A stretch of DNA of 64,000 nucleotides from Antedon mediterranea (taxonomy: Eukaryota; Animalia; Echinodermata). The stretch's first letter is position 1; each line of letters begins with the position of its first letter. The translations under genes and the position numbers were made by a program. Positions 61,766 to 64,000 of the stretch are shown piece after piece. The DNA lies in NCBI RefSeq assembly GCF_964355755.1, contig NC_092672.1, forward strand, positions 34,292,437 through 34,356,436, written 5' to 3'. The notes under the pieces are model-generated. The model was given only the letters and a program-made list of their open reading frames with translations. It was not told the DNA's origin and did no database searches.

Positions 61766-64000
61766 TTCATTCACCTACTGTATCAATTGAAATGATGAAA
61801 ACAACTAATTTCATCAATTTGTTTTTAGTAATCACATATTGTTCTTATAACCGTAAGTGGAAAGGCAAGGGGGAGGGGTGGGAAACATCTACTATAACTA
61901 TATAATTTACATACCAGGATCATTCTGGGATTTAATTATTGGTGTTAATTCGATTATAGTTTATCTCATTATAAGGTAGGCAGTTCAAATCTAGTTCATA
62001 CGGTAGTTAGGTTAGTTGGCTAGAGGCTATTAAAATAAGCACCGTAAATGCAGTAAGCCTAACGTATTACGTGATCTAGATTTAGACGTTTCAAAATCGA
62101 AGAAAAATGTGGTCCGAGAATTGTATCTGGATAGTAATAATTAGCAGTATAAAATGATATTTACTTCTGTTGCAATGACCTATAAAGAACACTAAACTAT
62201 TTAAACAGGTGTGTTCTAAGAATCGCTAAGATTGAGAGTGACAAATATTTGTTTGAACGTACACAAACGTAGTTGTAATATGTCAAAATAGATTTAGAGA
62301 ATTCTAAAGCTTTGTCTTCACTATAAACTTTAATGTGACAAAAAAGTGTGATGTGGCCAAATACGGTAGTGATATGCTTAAATATGTAGTGATATGACAT
62401 CATCATGCCCATATATGGGCACATCACATTTTTTTTGTCACATACAGCTTGATAGTGTATACATGTAGCATAAACTGCCACATGATAATAAATGTATAAT
62501 TGAGAGAGTAAAGGGATATCGGACTAGCCTGTGAGAGGCATGGGTTCGAGACTTGTTTGTGCCATTGTCATTTAAGCTTTGTCTGCACTATCAAACTAGT
62601 TCGACAAAAAAAGTGTGATCGTCCAAATATGGTAGTGATATGCCCAAATAGGGTAGCGATATACTGTATGACATAAAGTTTGATATACATGTAGTGTAGA
62701 CGGAGCTTATGGGGTATCGGACTAGCCTGTGAGAGGCATGAGTTCGAGACCTATTTGTGCCATTGCTTGTATTGTATCCTTAGGTAAGACACTTTATATT
62801 CTCTGATTGCATTGTCTACCAGTGTGCTTAATTATTTTCCTATAGTGGGCACTACAGTCTTGGTTAGCCAGTATAAAGTAAAAATATAAAAAATTGAATC
62901 AAAGAATTATATTGTGTTCTGTACTTAGCAGTATTGAAATTAACTTCTACTTACTGAGTACATTTAAGGTACAGTGTAACTTCTTTCACTTTCACAATTT
63001 GTTTTACTTTCCCTATTTTAAACTGTTAAGTGCTGCTTATCTCAATATACCAACAATATTTCAACACCTTATTAGGTCATTTGTAGCAATTAGATCATCT
63101 TTTAGGATGACCTGCATAAGTGTTAAAATATTGAATGCGTTGGTATTTGTTTGCACAACAGTATATAAATACTATAAATAACATTTGAATGTTGTTATTT
63201 TACGAATAACTTATTGTAAAAAAGCGTAAGAGAAATGTCTTGCTCAACATTCATGTATTAAATATTGATTATATGGCATGAAATCTTAATGTGTTACACA
63301 GTAAGTAATTCTGATATCGATTGGTACACGCTGTGCAGTCTGCCGTTAATTATGAGCCCCTTGGTTATATCCTCTATTACTATACTGTATAGCAGGGATT
63401 GGGAATTCAAGCATTTGCATTGATTGGCGGTGAGCCGACCACTGTCACCTGCAATCAAGTCCACTATACTGTGCTAAAGTCTAAGAAAATTCGCTTCCAT
63501 TATTTATAAAAATGGTACTGTTTTACATAAGTGATGCGTATATACTTTTCAGAATTATATGTACTGTAGTTGAAATGGAGAAGACAGCAATATGCTATAC
63601 ACAGTACAGTAGAACCACTCCTTTGCTACACCTATATATTCAGGGGAAATCCTATCCCATCAGGAGACTTCTCTGTTACGAGAACATTTGTTGGTTCCTA
63701 AAAGTGTCCCATTAATGGGGGTTCACTGGTAATTAAAACAAGTGAAGTTAGTCAAATATAATAATAATATATCTTTAATTCAAAATTATAACATACGGTA
63801 CAGTACTACTACTAAATCCTCATGAATATAAATCAGAGGTTTTCACTTTTTTTTTCTTAAATTCTTGAGGTTAATAATTATTATTTTTCTTCAGGGAATG
63901 AAGATAACAACATTTTTAAATTAAATAAAAGAATTAATAATCAGAATAATTAAATTAGCAATGTTTTAAACAAAAAAATCTATAAAATCAGAACATTAAT

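Noticed and set aside
63895-63953. Next OSBP exon after TTCTTCAG
   Set aside because: Expected frame hits a stop quickly and shows no FFAT-like sequence.

Overview
AT-rich, intron-rich animal genomic DNA (an invertebrate; not prokaryotic), so the supplied ORF track captures only exon fragments and repeat-derived ORFs. Splicing by hand gives six genes: the 3' half of SARM1 (SAM-SAM-TIR, +), complete RPA1 (+), an ApaH-like metallophosphatase with an intronless CDS (-), complete MAPKAPK5 with one GC-AG intron (+), complete TRMT2A (+), and the 5' part of OSBP (+, runs off the window). Introns are crowded with small mobile elements: about 27 copies of a Harbinger-like MITE, Kolobok-like, Zator-like, ISL2EU-like, pogo-like and Helentron/DINE-like elements, and tRNA-derived SINEs, plus several minisatellites. 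The most notable signals are (1) a Penelope-type repeat carrying a minimal hammerhead ribozyme, whose internal segment has expanded into minisatellites at two of its three loci, (2) TA-CAG-TA / TA-CTG-TA / TA-CATG-TA insertions inside MITE copies that look like Tc1/mariner excision footprints, with a parallel TA-GGCC-TA class clustering after first exons, (3) a tRNA-Asp-like sequence with an ATC anticodon inside a (TA)n-flanked cassette, and (4) the ApaH-like phosphatase. Coordinates were read by eye and may be off by a few bases.
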